A stretch of DNA of 63,041 bases, counting the filler, from Reticulomyxa filosa (taxonomy: Eukaryota; Protista; Foraminifera), in NCBI GenBank assembly GCA_000512085.1. It is 16 parts of 16 records of this genome, joined end to end, with 100 filler letters (N's around TTAATTAATTAA, not from the genome) between each part and the next. Parts side by side here need not be neighbours in the genome. Positions count along the whole stretch, not along the records: positions 32,664 to 38,999 come from ASPP01004646.1; positions 39,100 to 40,659 come from ASPP01036356.1; positions 40,760 to 42,349 come from ASPP01029017.1; positions 42,450 to 44,092 come from ASPP01026656.1; positions 44,193 to 56,472 come from ASPP01006555.1; 11 more parts are not named here. One strand, written 5' to 3'. Below the pieces are notes generated by a model. That model saw only the letters and a list, made by a program, of their open reading frames with translations, did no database searches and was not told the origin of the DNA. Made by a program: the position numbers and the translations under genes. Below, piece after piece: positions 37,519 to 51,016 of the stretch. How positions within the stretch are numbered: position 1 is the stretch's first letter; every line of letters starts with the position of its first letter.

Positions 37519-38880
37519 ATGTTCTCAAGTGAAGTTTTTGTAACGATTGGTTCAAAGAAATATACCTTACACTTGACGAACTTGACGTTTGACGACTTGA
37601 AAGAACAAGTTGTGAAAGCAAGTGAAGAAGACGAGCGAGGAAAGGTTTTAACGAAAATAACTGACTTGAATGGTCATGACATTGAAACTGATAAACAGCT
37701 TCAAAATACTTCTCCACTCCATTTTTATGCTTATTTCCAATCAAGTTTATTTTTTTATTTTTTTTTTTTCAATATTTATCATTCAAATGACACATAACAA
37801 AAAAAATATGTAAACATAAAAAAAAAAAAAAAAGATGATCAAGAAAAAAAAGAGACAAATCCAGCAGAAATCCAAACAGAAACTTTGGACTTGAAGACAC
37901 ATTGGAATAGAAACTGGAGGAAAGCCAATACAGAAGCAGTGAAGATAGTGATGGAGATGCTGAAGAATGATGAACAAGGATTGATTGTCGTTGCGAATGA
38001 TACTCATGCATGGCAAGTGGCAATAAATGAATCTTTGCAGACATCAAAGGATGATGAATTTTCATTTCATGTGTTAATAAACAATGAAATTCTTGAAACA
38101 AAGATATTTGGGGAATATTGTTTGTATGTGATAACAAGTAAAATAATACTATTCAACGGAATAACCATTGATGGAAATGTGTATGCTGTGAATTGTGAAA
38201 TTCAATGCAAAGGAGACAATGTGAATATTACCACCCAATTATTTGTAACAAGTCATGCCATTATCTCTCAATCATTGACAAAATCTATTTCGCCGATTCA
38301 ATGGAATGCCAAAATACATCACGATATTTTAGTGCAAATTCAAGACTTCGAAGAACAGTCGGAACGATGTGCAGGACAAAGAAAGTATGTGGAATCAATA
38401 CATTATTTACAACAAGCATTGCAGATCGCAATTGATATATTCGGCTTGAAACATCCTTATATTGCCATTATGTATAATCTAATTGGAATTAACTACAAAG
38501 ATAATCGACAGTATGACGAGGCGGTAATATATTATAAAAAGGCCATCAAACTCGTTATCGATATTTTTGGGAATACATCTTTACATGTTGGCAATACATT
38601 GTTCAATTTAGGACATCTCTATTGTAATAACAAGAAACAATATGACAAGGCCATCAAATGCTATGAGCGTTCATTGCAAATACGCAAAGACATATTCAAA
38701 ATTAAAGACAGATTCATTGGCGATTCGTACTCGAATTTGGGATTGTCATTTAAACAAAAAGGAGAAGTAAACAGCGCACATCAATATTACGAGGAAGCAT
38801 GGAAAGCATATAGTGTAATATTTGGAGAATGGAACGATGAAACTTTACGCTCAAAGACACATATAAAAGAACTTGAATAA
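37519..38880 (+). CDS. TPR-repeat protein with a small N-terminal beta-grasp/PB1-like module and an unknown middle domain
   Basis: Exons 37519-37744 and 37835-38880 join in frame. About four 42-aa kinesin-light-chain-type TPRs (HPYIAIMYNLIGINY...YDEAVIYYKKAI; QYDKAIKCYERSLQIR). Confidence 0.85.
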
Positions 38881-38963
38881 CAAACATTTTCTTTTTTGTT
38901 TGATTGTAATATTGTTACTTATGTATTACTATTGAATAATGAAGAGTCAAGTTTTTTTCTGAG

Positions 38964-38999
<36 letters not shown>

Positions 39000-39099
39000 N
39001 NNNNNNNNNNNNNNNNNNNNNNNNNNNNNNNNNNNNNNNNNNNTTAATTAATTAANNNNNNNNNNNNNNNNNNNNNNNNNNNNNNNNNNNNNNNNNNNN

Positions 39100-40616
39100 G
39101 AAGAAGAAGAAGAAGAAGAAGAAGAAGAAGAGGATGATGATGAAGAAGAAAAAACTAAAGCTGCAGACAATGACGACGGCGTAAGCGATGCAAGGTGGGA
39201 CCACGAAGGATCTGTCATCACCATTGACAAAAACATTGGCGATTACACGATGGATCCAGAAGTGTCGTCGATTTATCATATGAAAATGCTTGTCTACAAT
39301 AAAAAATTGGAACACTTTGTTTCGTTGCAAAAAAAAAAAAAAAAAAAAAAAAAAATTATATCTCACTTTATAATATATGTATATGTATATATGCATATAT
39401 GCATATGTACACTTTTGTTGTGATGTACTCCTCCACAATGCATTGTAATGTAAATGTCGATGTGATCAGGTGCGTGGATTGAATGACTTGTTTGGCGAGT
39501 TGAAACGCTTGCCGGCGGAACACGAGTACTTGGACAAATGGATGGCGATGACGTCATTGGAGTTTTTAGGGATAAATCCAGACGAAAAGCGATTGTTGGA
39601 TACCGACTTTTGGAACTTTTATCAAGTGAAGCACATGCGAGACATGGAGCAACAGCAAAATGCAAACAGCACAAAGCGTCTGTCACAATCGCTGGCTGCG
39701 CACGAACACGGACGTCCTCTGTCCTCTGGTCACGCGTTGGATGATTGTCCATCGCCATTGTCCACCGCCAGTACCCCCGGCAATGGACATACTGTACTTG
39801 CTCCTCACTCTCGTTCGCAGCTCCAATATCACGTCAAAGGCAAAAAGTCGGTGCCGACGTTGTCCACGATGAGTCTGGTGTCCAACAGCGGCACGCCCTT
39901 GTGCTGTGAGAAGACAGTGTTTGAGGAGGTGTGGGAATGCGTACGATCCAATGACTTGGTGGATCCTTGCTCGCTCAAAGACGCACAAATGCTTCACTTT
40001 TATGATTCCCCTGCCCATCCTCATTCTCATTCTCATTCTCATTCTCATCCCCATTCTCATCCCCATTCCCATCCCCATCATGGCAATGGTGACAACACTG
40101 ATGCCAATGCCAATGCCAATACCAATACCAATACCAATGGTAATGGCAATAGTAACAGCAATAATAGCAATGGTAATGCCAATGATAACAAAGACAATAC
40201 TTCGATGCACGCAAACAAAGAGGCGGAACGACTATGCACTGTCGACGATTGGAAGTATTACATGCGCATGCAAATCGCCCCCGAAACGATTGACAGACTT
40301 GGAGGTTTGGTCGGCTTGGTCCATTTGGGCGTGGATGACGGCATTGTGCATTGCTCGCTGGAAAAGCTACGCCAAGTGTTCCACACGTGCATTTCGCGTC
40401 GAATGCACGCGCAATTGGTCAATGCCTTGGAGAAGGAAAACTCCACGCTTGTACGTAAGGTCAAGCAACACCAACGCAATGTCGCCAAACTCACCGCCGA
40501 AATTGTCCAATGCAAAGCCACCATTGAACACCTCACTTCGCAGGTCGCCGAACAGACTTCCATTCTCAGTGTCGAAGAAGAGACTGTACGCAATCATAGC
40601 AGTTTTACTATGAAGG
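39100..40616 (+). CDS. Hypothetical protein fragment with His-rich and Asn-rich low-complexity tracts and a C-terminal coiled coil
   Basis: Long ORF 39470 to about 40616 with GC-richer coding composition and a heptad-like segment (LEKENSTLVRKVKQHQRNVAKLTAEIVQCKATIEHL). An upstream acidic exon starts at the contig start. Confidence 0.55.
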
Positions 40617-40617
40617 C

Positions 40618-40659
<42 letters not shown>

Positions 40660-40759
40660 NNNNNNNNNNNNNNNNNNNNNNNNNNNNNNNNNNNNNNNNN
40701 NNNTTAATTAATTAANNNNNNNNNNNNNNNNNNNNNNNNNNNNNNNNNNNNNNNNNNNN

Positions 40760-42270
40760 GTCTTGCCGAGCAAATAACACAACATGGCGCCATTGTACAC
40801 GGTTGCCAAAATGTGGTAGTTGTCCAACTTGCAATATCCGTTCAATTTTATCTGGATATACAAGTATTGTATTAGATCTTCTTCTGTGCTTCAAAACACG
40901 CGATCAATGTACGTTGCAATTACCTTCATGTCGTCCGACTCATTCACAATTCAAATCTATGCGACTATTCCAGATTCGGATGCTTACGACTTGCGCGTTT
41001 CTTTCCAATTGCCACTGATCACGATTCTCAAGTTTTCTTCGATCTTTGATTAAATGTCTTTGTGTCAGTCTATCATCGATTGGACTATTGTATTTACATC
41101 TTCCAACAATTTTTCATTTTAAGTTTTTTTGTTTTTTTTTAAGGAAGAAGAAGAAAAAAAGTGTTTACGTAATCATTCCAAAAAGAAGTAAGTATACTAT
41201 ACACATAAAAAAAACAACAACACATGCCAACACGAAGTAAACACAAACACACGAAACATACACATACAACGTCACGCTCAACATGTGTTAAAATAGTGGA
41301 TATTCGCTCATATCTTTGTTGGGCATTCGCAACAAGCACTTGTTGTTTTGCAGTGGCAGTGTCGCATGCATTTGCACTGTCGCATGCATTTGCACTGTCA
41401 GCAGCATTGGTTGAACTTGATGCTGGCAAGCGCTTCCAAATCAGTCACACAAGACGCCAGTTCGTCCACCTATATTGGGACACCACTAATTGCCGATGAC
41501 GCTACTTAAATTGGTGCATTTTATGATCAAAAAAAAATATTTTTTTTTGGATATTATCAGCATACAAATAATATATATGTATAGCATATATAATAAATTC
41601 ATATGTATGATTATATGTTCGTGAAAGTAACATTTTGCAAATATTAGACTCTTTACAATCTATATTTTCATGGGCCAACTTGATTTGCATATCATTGACA
41701 ACAACTGCTTTTTGTTCAGTGCCGGCAGAGTTTGCATTTTGAGTGGAAGCAAATGCATTTGTTCGATTAAGCTAACTTTCGGCGACAATACTGTTGAGTT
41801 CTCCGATGCTTGTAGGATGACATCATAGTACTGTTTGTCTTTGAAAACAATGCAGTCCAGTTCAGTCGCTGGTTTTTCATTCTTCAGTACACTGATGGCA
41901 GTCTGGTCTTTCGTTTCGGTCAACATATCCTTTTCACAAAGGCGACAATGTGCACCATTTTGAAGATTTCGTCTTGCCATTGTTGATTTGAGCTCACCAC
42001 TTGTTGCAACTCTATGTGGTCGGAAAAGAAGTTTGCAATGCCAGCTTCTGCAAACTGAACAAAAAGTCATTGTATGTGATATCACATCATCCAACAATTT
42101 GTATCTTATATTACTAGCTTTTTCAGTGTCGCTTTCGCTTTCGTTCTCGTTTCGTTTCGTCACTGGTTTGTAAAACAGTTCGTTCAAATCACCTGTTCGG
42201 ACATTGAACTCATTTAGTACTGTCTCGTTGTCCGATTCATTAGTGCTTATACTTTCCTCTGATGTCTAAA
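40760..42270 (-). pseudogene. Decayed multi-exon gene of unknown family
   Basis: ORF 41660-42187 (FCSVCRSWHCKL, HCRLCEK) plus a protein-like frame at 40760-41105 interrupted by several stops (..IATYIDRVF*STEEDLIQYLYIQIKLNGYCKLDNYHILATVYNGAMLCYLLGK). An 18-bp tandem repeat lies at about 41360-41400. Confidence 0.4.
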
Positions 42271-43297
42271 TCAGCACAGACAAACTTCGTTTTATGGAAA
42301 AGAAGACAATGGATAGAAGAAAGATATTACCATGATTATCATTCAATATNNNNNNNNNNNNNNNNNNNNNNNNNNNNNNNNNNNNNNNNNNNNTTAATTA
42401 ATTAANNNNNNNNNNNNNNNNNNNNNNNNNNNNNNNNNNNNNNNNNNNNCTCACTCCTCCTCCCCCCCCCCCCCTTTTTTTTTTTAATCCTTCTTATTAC
42501 AAGCATTGAATCAATGATCGCTGCCAGCAAAAAAGGAGACTTTGTATGCTTTATGAATGCATGCAACCACGAAAAACCAAGACAAGACTTCAACGCTTCC
42601 TTCTATTCCAAACCCCTCCAAATATCATGCAGCTTTAAGAAATTTACACATGAGCTCTCTCCTTTTCACAATTGTCAATCACAACAGCTGCTGTCAATCT
42701 TGGCCCAATTAAAAGAACTGTGTGAGGATGGAAATTGAAAAAAAATGGTTAAAACTTTAAAACTGAAGTCTTTTTTTTTCAGTTTTGATCTTTTTTTTTT
42801 TTTTTGTTTCCCACTGTAATGTCTCCATAACACCCCCCCTCCCTCTCCATCAGTTCGGGCCAAAAAAACCATAGGTGCTTGCTTTGCTATGCAATTTTTA
42901 TGCCTAGTACATGCAATGCAACTTATGGCAATTTCTTTTTTTTTTCCCTTTTATTCCTTGTTGGTCTGTTTTTTTGTGCCATACGTGCGTGTAAGTGGTG
43001 TGGACTTATAAGTACCTTTTACAAGTGTGGCTTGCTCCTTGTGGCAAAACATTGTCAATTTTTTGATCACTTACCATTTCAGTACAGTTTTCTACCAATT
43101 TCTAAACTTTCACCTTTTCTAACAGTGCAAGATCGTTTAATCTTAGGAGTCAAAATCCAATATTTTGCGTTTCATTTTTTTTTTTCTCGCCCCAGAACTT
43201 AATGCATATTGTTGAGACGAGCGTATTGAACGGCAAGTTCAAAACTTTTTCTTGTGTAAAAAAAAAAAAAAACTCGGAGTATATTTGTACATTTAGG

Positions 43298-43845
43298 ATG
43301 GCTGACGAAGGACCAGATGGTGTGCGATTGGCATATAATATTTGGCCATCAACTCGATTAGATCAAGTAAAAATGACAATCCCACTTGGAGTACTGTATA
43401 CTCCATTGAACAAGCCCGACGAGATCGTCAGGTTGGACTACAAGCCATTGGTCTGTCGCAATGACAAATGCGGTGCAGCATTGAGTCCTTGGAGGTTGGA
43501 ACTAGACATACTTACTATTTTTTGTCACACACAAAAAAAAAAAATTCTCCCTTGTCTCTGTTGACAGTGAAGAAGATGTTGCACAACAAATTTGGACATG
43601 TCCGTTATGTTTAACGCGTAATGCATTTCCACCTCAATCTCAATCCCACCAATCGCGACAAGAGACCCAAGAAGAGATGACCACAATCGAATACGAGCCC
43701 CAACGCGAAGGGACCGGGTCTCCTGCCTTTTTATTTGCTGTAGACACGTGCATTTTAACCGAGGAATTGGACTCGATCAAGACGTCGATTCAACAAGCAC
43801 TAAGCTTATTACCCCCAGACGCAATGGTCGGAATTATCACCTTCG
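43298..43845 (+). CDS. SEC23: COPII coat protein Sec23, first two exons (zinc finger and start of trunk domain)
   Basis: Exons 43298-43494 and 43568-43845: DGVRLAYNIWPSTR, PLGVLYTPL, CRNDKCGAALSPW, WTCPLCLTRNAFP, TTIEY, PAFLFAVDTC, ALSLLPPDAMVGIITFG. Confidence 0.95.
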
Positions 43846-44192
43846 GTTAGTTAACTTTGGCATAAGAGAGAAGGATATTGGGGGGAGGGGAGGGGGGGAA
43901 AAAAAAAAAAGAAGCAGTATCAAATTAAAACATTAAATAATACGTGCAAATGAATTCAAATTTAAAAAAAAAAAAAAAAAGCGCGAAAAAAAAAAGGGGC
44001 AACAAAAAAAAAAAAAAAAAACATCAAAAACAAAAAAACAAAAAAAATAAAAAGGCAAACACGTACATGTTCATGAAATTGGCTTTCCAAATNNNNNNNN
44101 NNNNNNNNNNNNNNNNNNNNNNNNNNNNNNNNNNNNTTAATTAATTAANNNNNNNNNNNNNNNNNNNNNNNNNNNNNNNNNNNNNNNNNNNN

Positions 44193-45130
44193 CTTTGCTA
44201 AGCAATCCCAAATAAAAAATGGAAGAGATACTCAACCAAAAACAAAACACAACAAAGTACTTATAGTTTTTCAACCCGACACAATTGCCAACCCATGGGC
44301 AATGATGATCCATTTTCAATACGCACGTTCCACTATTCAACAAGTTTTTTTTTTTTTTTGCACAATTGTTGATTCTACGTATACTACTCAAACTTTTTTG
44401 TGAAGAGTAGTAAAGGAATGCGAACATTTGATGAACCACACAGAACAGAACAAAACAAAACAAAACAAAACAAACCAAAGTGAGCAATGATGAGCTCGAG
44501 GTGGCTTTAAGTTTCCACAAAGATCACAAACTGGGCATTTTGATTTGTTGAAGTCATTCGGTGGAGGATTGTCTATCATTTTTTATTTTATTTTATGAAG
44601 AAGGAGGAGAGGGACTACAACAACAACAATTTTTTTTTTTTTATCTGTTGGGATCGAAATTTAAAAAAAAAAAAAGGAACGAAAGATTTGTCCTCTTTCT
44701 ATTTTTTAAAAAAAAATACGCGATGACATACCTTTGACGGCTGAACTTGTTAGCATACAGCGAAGGTAAGAGACAAGCAAAAGTGCCAGAAAGATTGACA
44801 TAATTATGGAAAGGAAAATACTCACCGCATTCCCATATCTTTGTCTTAGGTGCACTCTTGTCCAGCCAAAAAATATTGCAACGTCGCTTCCTACCAGTGC
44901 TAATGCAAATACAACTATTTCAATTTAAACAAGTAAATTTTGTTCATAGTTTTATAATCTCTTCATTAAAGAAAGGGAGGAGTGCGTATCAAGGAAAAGT
45001 AGCAAAAAAAGTGTGTTAGGTCGGAATATTTCTCTGCCCTAATCCTTACTCGCAATTTACCTGGAATGCGTAAAATAATTCTCGTTGCATACTCAATGAT
45101 TGCAGCTATCCGTTCTATTGGTCGAGGCAT
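44193..45130 (-). CDS. DHHC palmitoyltransferase, multi-exon, 3' truncated
   Basis: [16 protein letters not shown] and [26 protein letters not shown] exon at about 44732-44920. Probable ATG at 45130 ([10 protein letters not shown]). Confidence 0.92.
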
Positions 45131-46163
45131 TTGCTTTTTTCCTTACTACTTCAATTCCAAAAGGAAGCGTCTGCAAATTTCCTCGTTCAGACGTCCCAAA
45201 ACGCACAGCCAACTAACTTACGTTTGTAGTAGAGATTTTACTTGTACTAGTATGTTCTGGTCGAATGTTTTCATTTTTTAATCAAACAATGCCACTAGAA
45301 ACAATAAGCACTTTTTTTTTAGTGTCGATTAACATTTATCTTTATCAGCTAATGTATTTTTGCAACTGACATGTGAATTTACTTATTGCTGTAACGTTTA
45401 AAATTTGTAATAATTTGTTTTCACGCACGCTCAACAAAATCATTCAACGAACCAAAAATTTTTTGTGTGTTAAAAATTAAATTTAATGATACCATTGAAA
45501 TCGATTATTGCAATTTGAGGAAATTTGTATTATTGTATTATTAAAAAAAAATATTATTTAAACACTTACTTATACTATCAGAAAAAGGTTCAATCAGTAA
45601 ATAATTCAATTATTTCGTTTTGTTAGGCTACAAACATTAGACGTTGCTTATGTAAAATTAGGACTTAGTTACAATAAGAAGTACAGTTCATGTTCAATGA
45701 AAAAAAGTCATTGGAAATATTTAGAATACATGCGCACTTTTTTTTGGTTTTAGCGTTTCTTCCCTTGTCTAATTTTGTTGTCGTCAAATCAATGCAAGAC
45801 TACAATAAATAAAATTAGTCATCATTGTGACTTTTGCCAATAATTTCAACAGAAAATGCGAATATGTTGACCACCACACACAAAAGACAGGTGAACACAC
45901 CAGGTTCGAAAGCTGCATGTCCCTTGTCCAAGTGATCTTGATTTAAAAAAAAGAAAGATATATGGATTCTTTGCATCCAATTTTGCACCCTATTGTGCGA
46001 AGGTTTTCTTTGTGTTGTTTGGAACCGTTTTGTGATATAAACAATGAGAACAATTAAGAAGGAAGACGGAAAAAAAGACTCGTTTTTTTTGATGTATGTT
46101 GAAAAATGATCTTAAAGTCAAATATCAACAATTCACAATTCTCACCACCCAACCCCAACAAAA

Positions 46164-47366
46164 GTGGAACCCCCTTCTCCTGAAGTCTCTGATTACGACA
46201 AAAAAGAGCCTTTTCACATTTTCGTGGGATCCTTATGTGCGAGTATAGTGAGTATAGCATTTCCTTACCCATTGGATGTAATCCGTACAAGACAACAAGT
46301 GAATGTTACAAAACAATCTAAAGTCATTCGCGCTGGAGTAGAATTATACAAAAAACATGGCATTCGCTCTCTCTACAAAGGAATTGTTCGTGTTTTTTTA
46401 ATACATACACATATATTGTTATATGGAAATGGCAGAAATTTCCATAAATTTCTGACACCAAAAGAAAGTGATAAGAGAACCAAGGAGAGAAAAAAAAACC
46501 ATTTTGAAATATAACCCCAACCCAACTCAATCCAAAATACAACAAAAACAAATTGCAGACAGCAGTGATGTGTTTTGAATTTCCTGGAACAGCGTCGTAT
46601 TACTTTATGTATACAGCATGCAAAGACTATGTCTATAGCAACCCCAGTTGGGCAAGATTGATGAAAGAGAGTGAGTCAGTGAATGTAGTGACAGATGGGA
46701 TGTGCGGCTTTTTAGCAATGTGCGCGGGACTATTATTTTGGAATCCGCAAGACAACATTGTGCAAAGATCACAAGTGACCTCATATTTCAACACCCCTCG
46801 GAGAATCGCGCAAGCTATTGTCATACGCGAAGGGTTCACCGGATTCTACCAAGGATATGTGGCTAGTCTGTGGACGTGGGGGCCATTGAGCGCCCTTTTT
46901 TGGGTCTTTTACGAGGGATGCAAACGATTCTGGCGCTACGCTTATGACATCAAAAAACCTGGAGATGAAAGTGCTTTATGTGTTTTGGCCAGTGCGATGT
47001 TTTCTGGAGTCTCTGCTATTTGGCTGACCCAACCTTTAGGTTAACTCCCTTTTTTTAAAAAACTCTATCTTTTTACAATTGCTATCATATATATATATGT
47101 ATATGTATATATTTGTTTTGTTTTGGGTTTGAACAGATACACTGCGCTGCCAAATCCAAGCACACGGAACTAGAGGCCTTTGCTTTCAACATGTCAAAAT
47201 TGACTCCACTTGGAAGTCAATGGTGGGACTGATGAAAACTTATGGCATTCGAAGACTATTGACACAGGGCTTTAAAGCACGCCTCCTTTCTACTGGCCCT
47301 GATTTAATTCTTGGCATTGTTTCTTTTGAAACATTGTTGCAATATTTATCTGGCTCCTATCTTTGA
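46164..47366 (+). CDS. Mitochondrial carrier (SLC25) protein; start exon uncertain
   Basis: Three Px[DE]xx[KR] signatures across three exons: PLDVIRTR, PQDNIVQR and PLD/TLRCQ. Stop at 47364-47366. Confidence 0.92.
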
Positions 47367-47848
47367 TCCAAACACAAAGTAAATCGAAAATTTTTTTTTT
47401 TTTTTTTTCATTCATCAAAATGCATGCTCGAGTTTTTTATTGTCTCAGCAAAATGATAAATTATTGTAATAAATTCTTCTGATTTTTTTCCCAAAAACTT
47501 TTTACATTGCGATTTTGGTGATGATTTAAATTACAAAAAATATAAATTAATCCGGATCACAATAAAATATTATACGTTATTGAACTCTTTTTTTTTATCC
47601 CTCTGAGGGACTCCTTTTTACCCTGCTACATGAAAAGTTGCTTTTTTTGCTTTGAATAAAAACATGTAATTCTTTCTTGTTTTCAAGCTGAAGGTAATCA
47701 AACCGTGTTCATATTAAATTGTTAATTTCAACTTTTAAGACAAAAAGCTAAACTATTTTTTCTTTTTTTTTGCTGGAAGAAATAAACAACAAACAAAACA
47801 AAACAAAACAAAAAAACGAACACCCACGTGCAACGGTGGTGAAATAAA

Positions 47849-49804
47849 TTAGCTATAACGAACGTTGGCAGAAGGGTTAGAAGCAAACCAATCGGATGAC
47901 TGTGTTCCAAAGTTGATGATGGTGGACTTGCTTTGGGTATATTCTAAAAAGGCGTCAATGCCATTTTCCCGTCCAATTCCAGAATTTTTGAAGCCACCAA
48001 AAGGCGAGCAAGGATCGTTTTTATGATGATCGTTGACCCACACAATCCCGCAGTCCAAGGCGCGACTAACACGATGAGCTCTTCCCAGATTTTCCGTCCA
48101 TACGCTTGCAGCCAAGCCATAGGCTCCATCATTCGCCAATGCAATGGCATGCTCTTCATCCGTGAATCGCGTGATAACGACGACCGGACCAAAAATTTCC
48201 TCTTTAAATATTGTCATGTCCGACGTGACATTGGCAATCACCGTTGGCTCGTAATAACTTCCTTTGTTCCGTTTGCCCAATGTTTTGTCGAGCAGATTGC
48301 CACCACACAACAGCGTGCATTTCGGATTGTCCGCTAACGCCGCTTTCACCTTCTCATGCACTTTATCACGGTGCGACATACTTATCAACGGCCCCAACTG
48401 CGTGTCAGGGTTCATGGGATCGCCCATTCTTTTTGTCATCTCCTGCACCTTCTCCACAAATTTCTTTACAAATTCGTCATAACATTTGTCTTGTACTAAT
48501 ATGCGTGATCCCATTATACCTATTTACATACGTATACATACAATATATATATATATATATATGTATATGTATATATGTATACATTAATTTATTTATTTAT
48601 GCATATGTATCATGCATGTGTCAAAAAAAAAAAAAAAAAAATAAACAAGTTTGTCCCGAAGCAATGAAAGCGCCAAAAGCACAGCCGTTGATGGCTTTGT
48701 CTAAGGCAATGTCATCGAACACAATCATGGGCGACTTTCCGCCCAACTCGGCAGTGTAGCGCAGCAGGTTGTATTTTTGCTGCTGATGTGTCTGATTTTC
48801 TTGAATGTCTCCAGGCCTCCTGTCAAATCGATTTTGTTGATTTTGCTGTTGGTCAGCAGCTGCTCGCTCATCTGAGAATTGCTATTGTCAAAATTTATCA
48901 CATTAAATACGCCATTCGGCACGCCTATCATTTTAGCACCACGCGTATACATACATACATACATACCACACAAATTATTTAACACGCGCTTTTTTTTTTT
49001 TTAAAAAAAAAAAAGTTCAAGTATTGCCAAAGGTGATAAAAAAAAAAAAAAAAATCTTATTTCAAACACCACATACCATACATACGTATACGTATACAAA
49101 AAAAAAAAAATTAAGATAAAGCATTCGAAACCTGCTTTTTGCATTAAATGGGCCAGCTCATAGATGGAACACGGAGCCAACTCACTGGGCTTGCAAATGA
49201 CGGAGTTGCCGGTGGCCAAAGCGACGGAAATTTTTTTGATGCTGAGCAGCAAAGGATGGTTCCACGCGGTGAGCAGAACGCATACGCCGAGAGGCTCTCG
49301 CGTTACGTAATTAAGGAAGTTGGCGCCTTTGAATGGCAATACGCGGTCTTCGGCCGTGCGAATCAATGATCCATAGTACTCAAACCACTCCGGTAATCGT
49401 TGCAATTGCGCATTCATTTCGCGTATCGGTCGGCCCGTTTGAAGCACTTCCATTTTCGCAAAGTCCGATATACGCTCTCGTAACAGCTTCCCGCAGTTCA
49501 TCAATATAGTACTGCGGTCTCTTACATCCATATTGCGCCATGTCTTCTCCTTATGAAATGATGTCCATGCGGCGTTTACTGCGTCGTCCACATGCTCCAC
49601 TGAGGCGTTCACCACTTGACTTACTATCTGTGTGTGGTCGTGTGGGTACGTCACGTCGATGTAGGCTCGACCTGGATCCACTGTCGTACCGTTTATCCAC
49701 AGACCATATTTGCCTCGCAACACTGTTCTTGGGGCTTGGAGCTTGATACTAATATACTTGCGCGAGTGCTTAAAAAGAGAGAGGAGCTTCATGGTTCCAT
49801 TCAT
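47849..49804 (-). CDS. NAD(P)-dependent aldehyde dehydrogenase, three exons, one apparent single-base frameshift near 48775
   Basis: [38 protein letters not shown] (catalytic Cys), [29 protein letters not shown]. Confidence 0.95.
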
Positions 49805-51016
49805 TTTCGGAAGAAAATAGGAAAATTTTAAAAAATTTTCCCCCCCAGGTTCACACCCTTTTTTTTCTCTCTCCCTCCCCCCCTCTTAGTAATCAACTGG
49901 GTTTTATTTCAGTACTAAAAAAATTTAACAAGATGGTTGGCGTCCTTAAATGACCTGTTGTACTTAAGATTTGTGCTTCTCCATGAGAAATCAAGATTTA
50001 CGCAATGCTATTTCAATGGCGGTTTTAATAACGGTTTAAATTTTTCGTACGCTTTTCATTTTTTTTTACAAACATAAAGTTGTTTTAATTTTATGTTTTA
50101 TTAACTGCAAGTCACGTAATTTTTAATGTTTTTGGTTTTTATTCTCTTTACAAATTTTTAAAGTTAACATTTACATTTTCTTATTTCCGTGATATTTTCA
50201 ACTTTATTTTAAGATATGAACAATTTAACTAAATTTTAATTTTAATGGAAAAAATTTATTGTCTTTATGAAGTGCCATTTTACCTACTGTATCTAATTTT
50301 TCAAAGATACAAGTTGACTTTGCGGCGTGTATTTACCACGTGAAACTTTACACTACGCAGCACCAACTTAAAACTTATGAAGATGCTTTAAGGCATTTTA
50401 TGAAAAAATTATAATTGAAAGAAAGAATCCTACACATAACACTAACGGATTCACAGTTATCTTGGATGAAATCAGTCTCCCTAACCATCTTTGCCCTCTT
50501 TTTTTCAGATAGAGTTTTTTGGAGCATGAGCACAAATAGACAGAATCAGCATTTTATATAATCAATATATTTTTTGATTTTCCTTTTTGCTTTGTTTTAA
50601 TCCCTTCTCTCAAAGGAATTGGTAAAAAAAACAGCAACGATACAACTGTTTAAAAGTAAAGAGATGTCAGTAAACATTTTTAGAATAAATCTCATTTTTG
50701 TAAAATTAAAAATTGTTTTAATTATTTTTTATTAAATTGGGCTGTGTGCTACTAAAAATTAAAGTTTTTTGTGACTTATCGCAATAGTTACTCAATAAAA
50801 GTGCAAATTGTGTTTAATCGTAAGATAAATTGAGTCAAAGAATTTAAAAGCACACATGATTGAACCAAATTTCGGTATTCAAACATATTTACAGTACTTC
50901 AACAAGCAGGAGACAAAAATAATGCACTTTCGTATTATGTGGCAATAAAATAAAAAAAATATAATCTTTGAATATAGTGTCTTTAGTGTAGAAGTAGTTA
51001 GCGATAATCTGAAATA

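Noticed and set aside
40760-41105. Stop-codon reassignment (alternative genetic code)
   Set aside because: All three stop types occur together with frameshifts in decayed loci, while intact genes have no internal stops and end in TAA, TAG or TGA.
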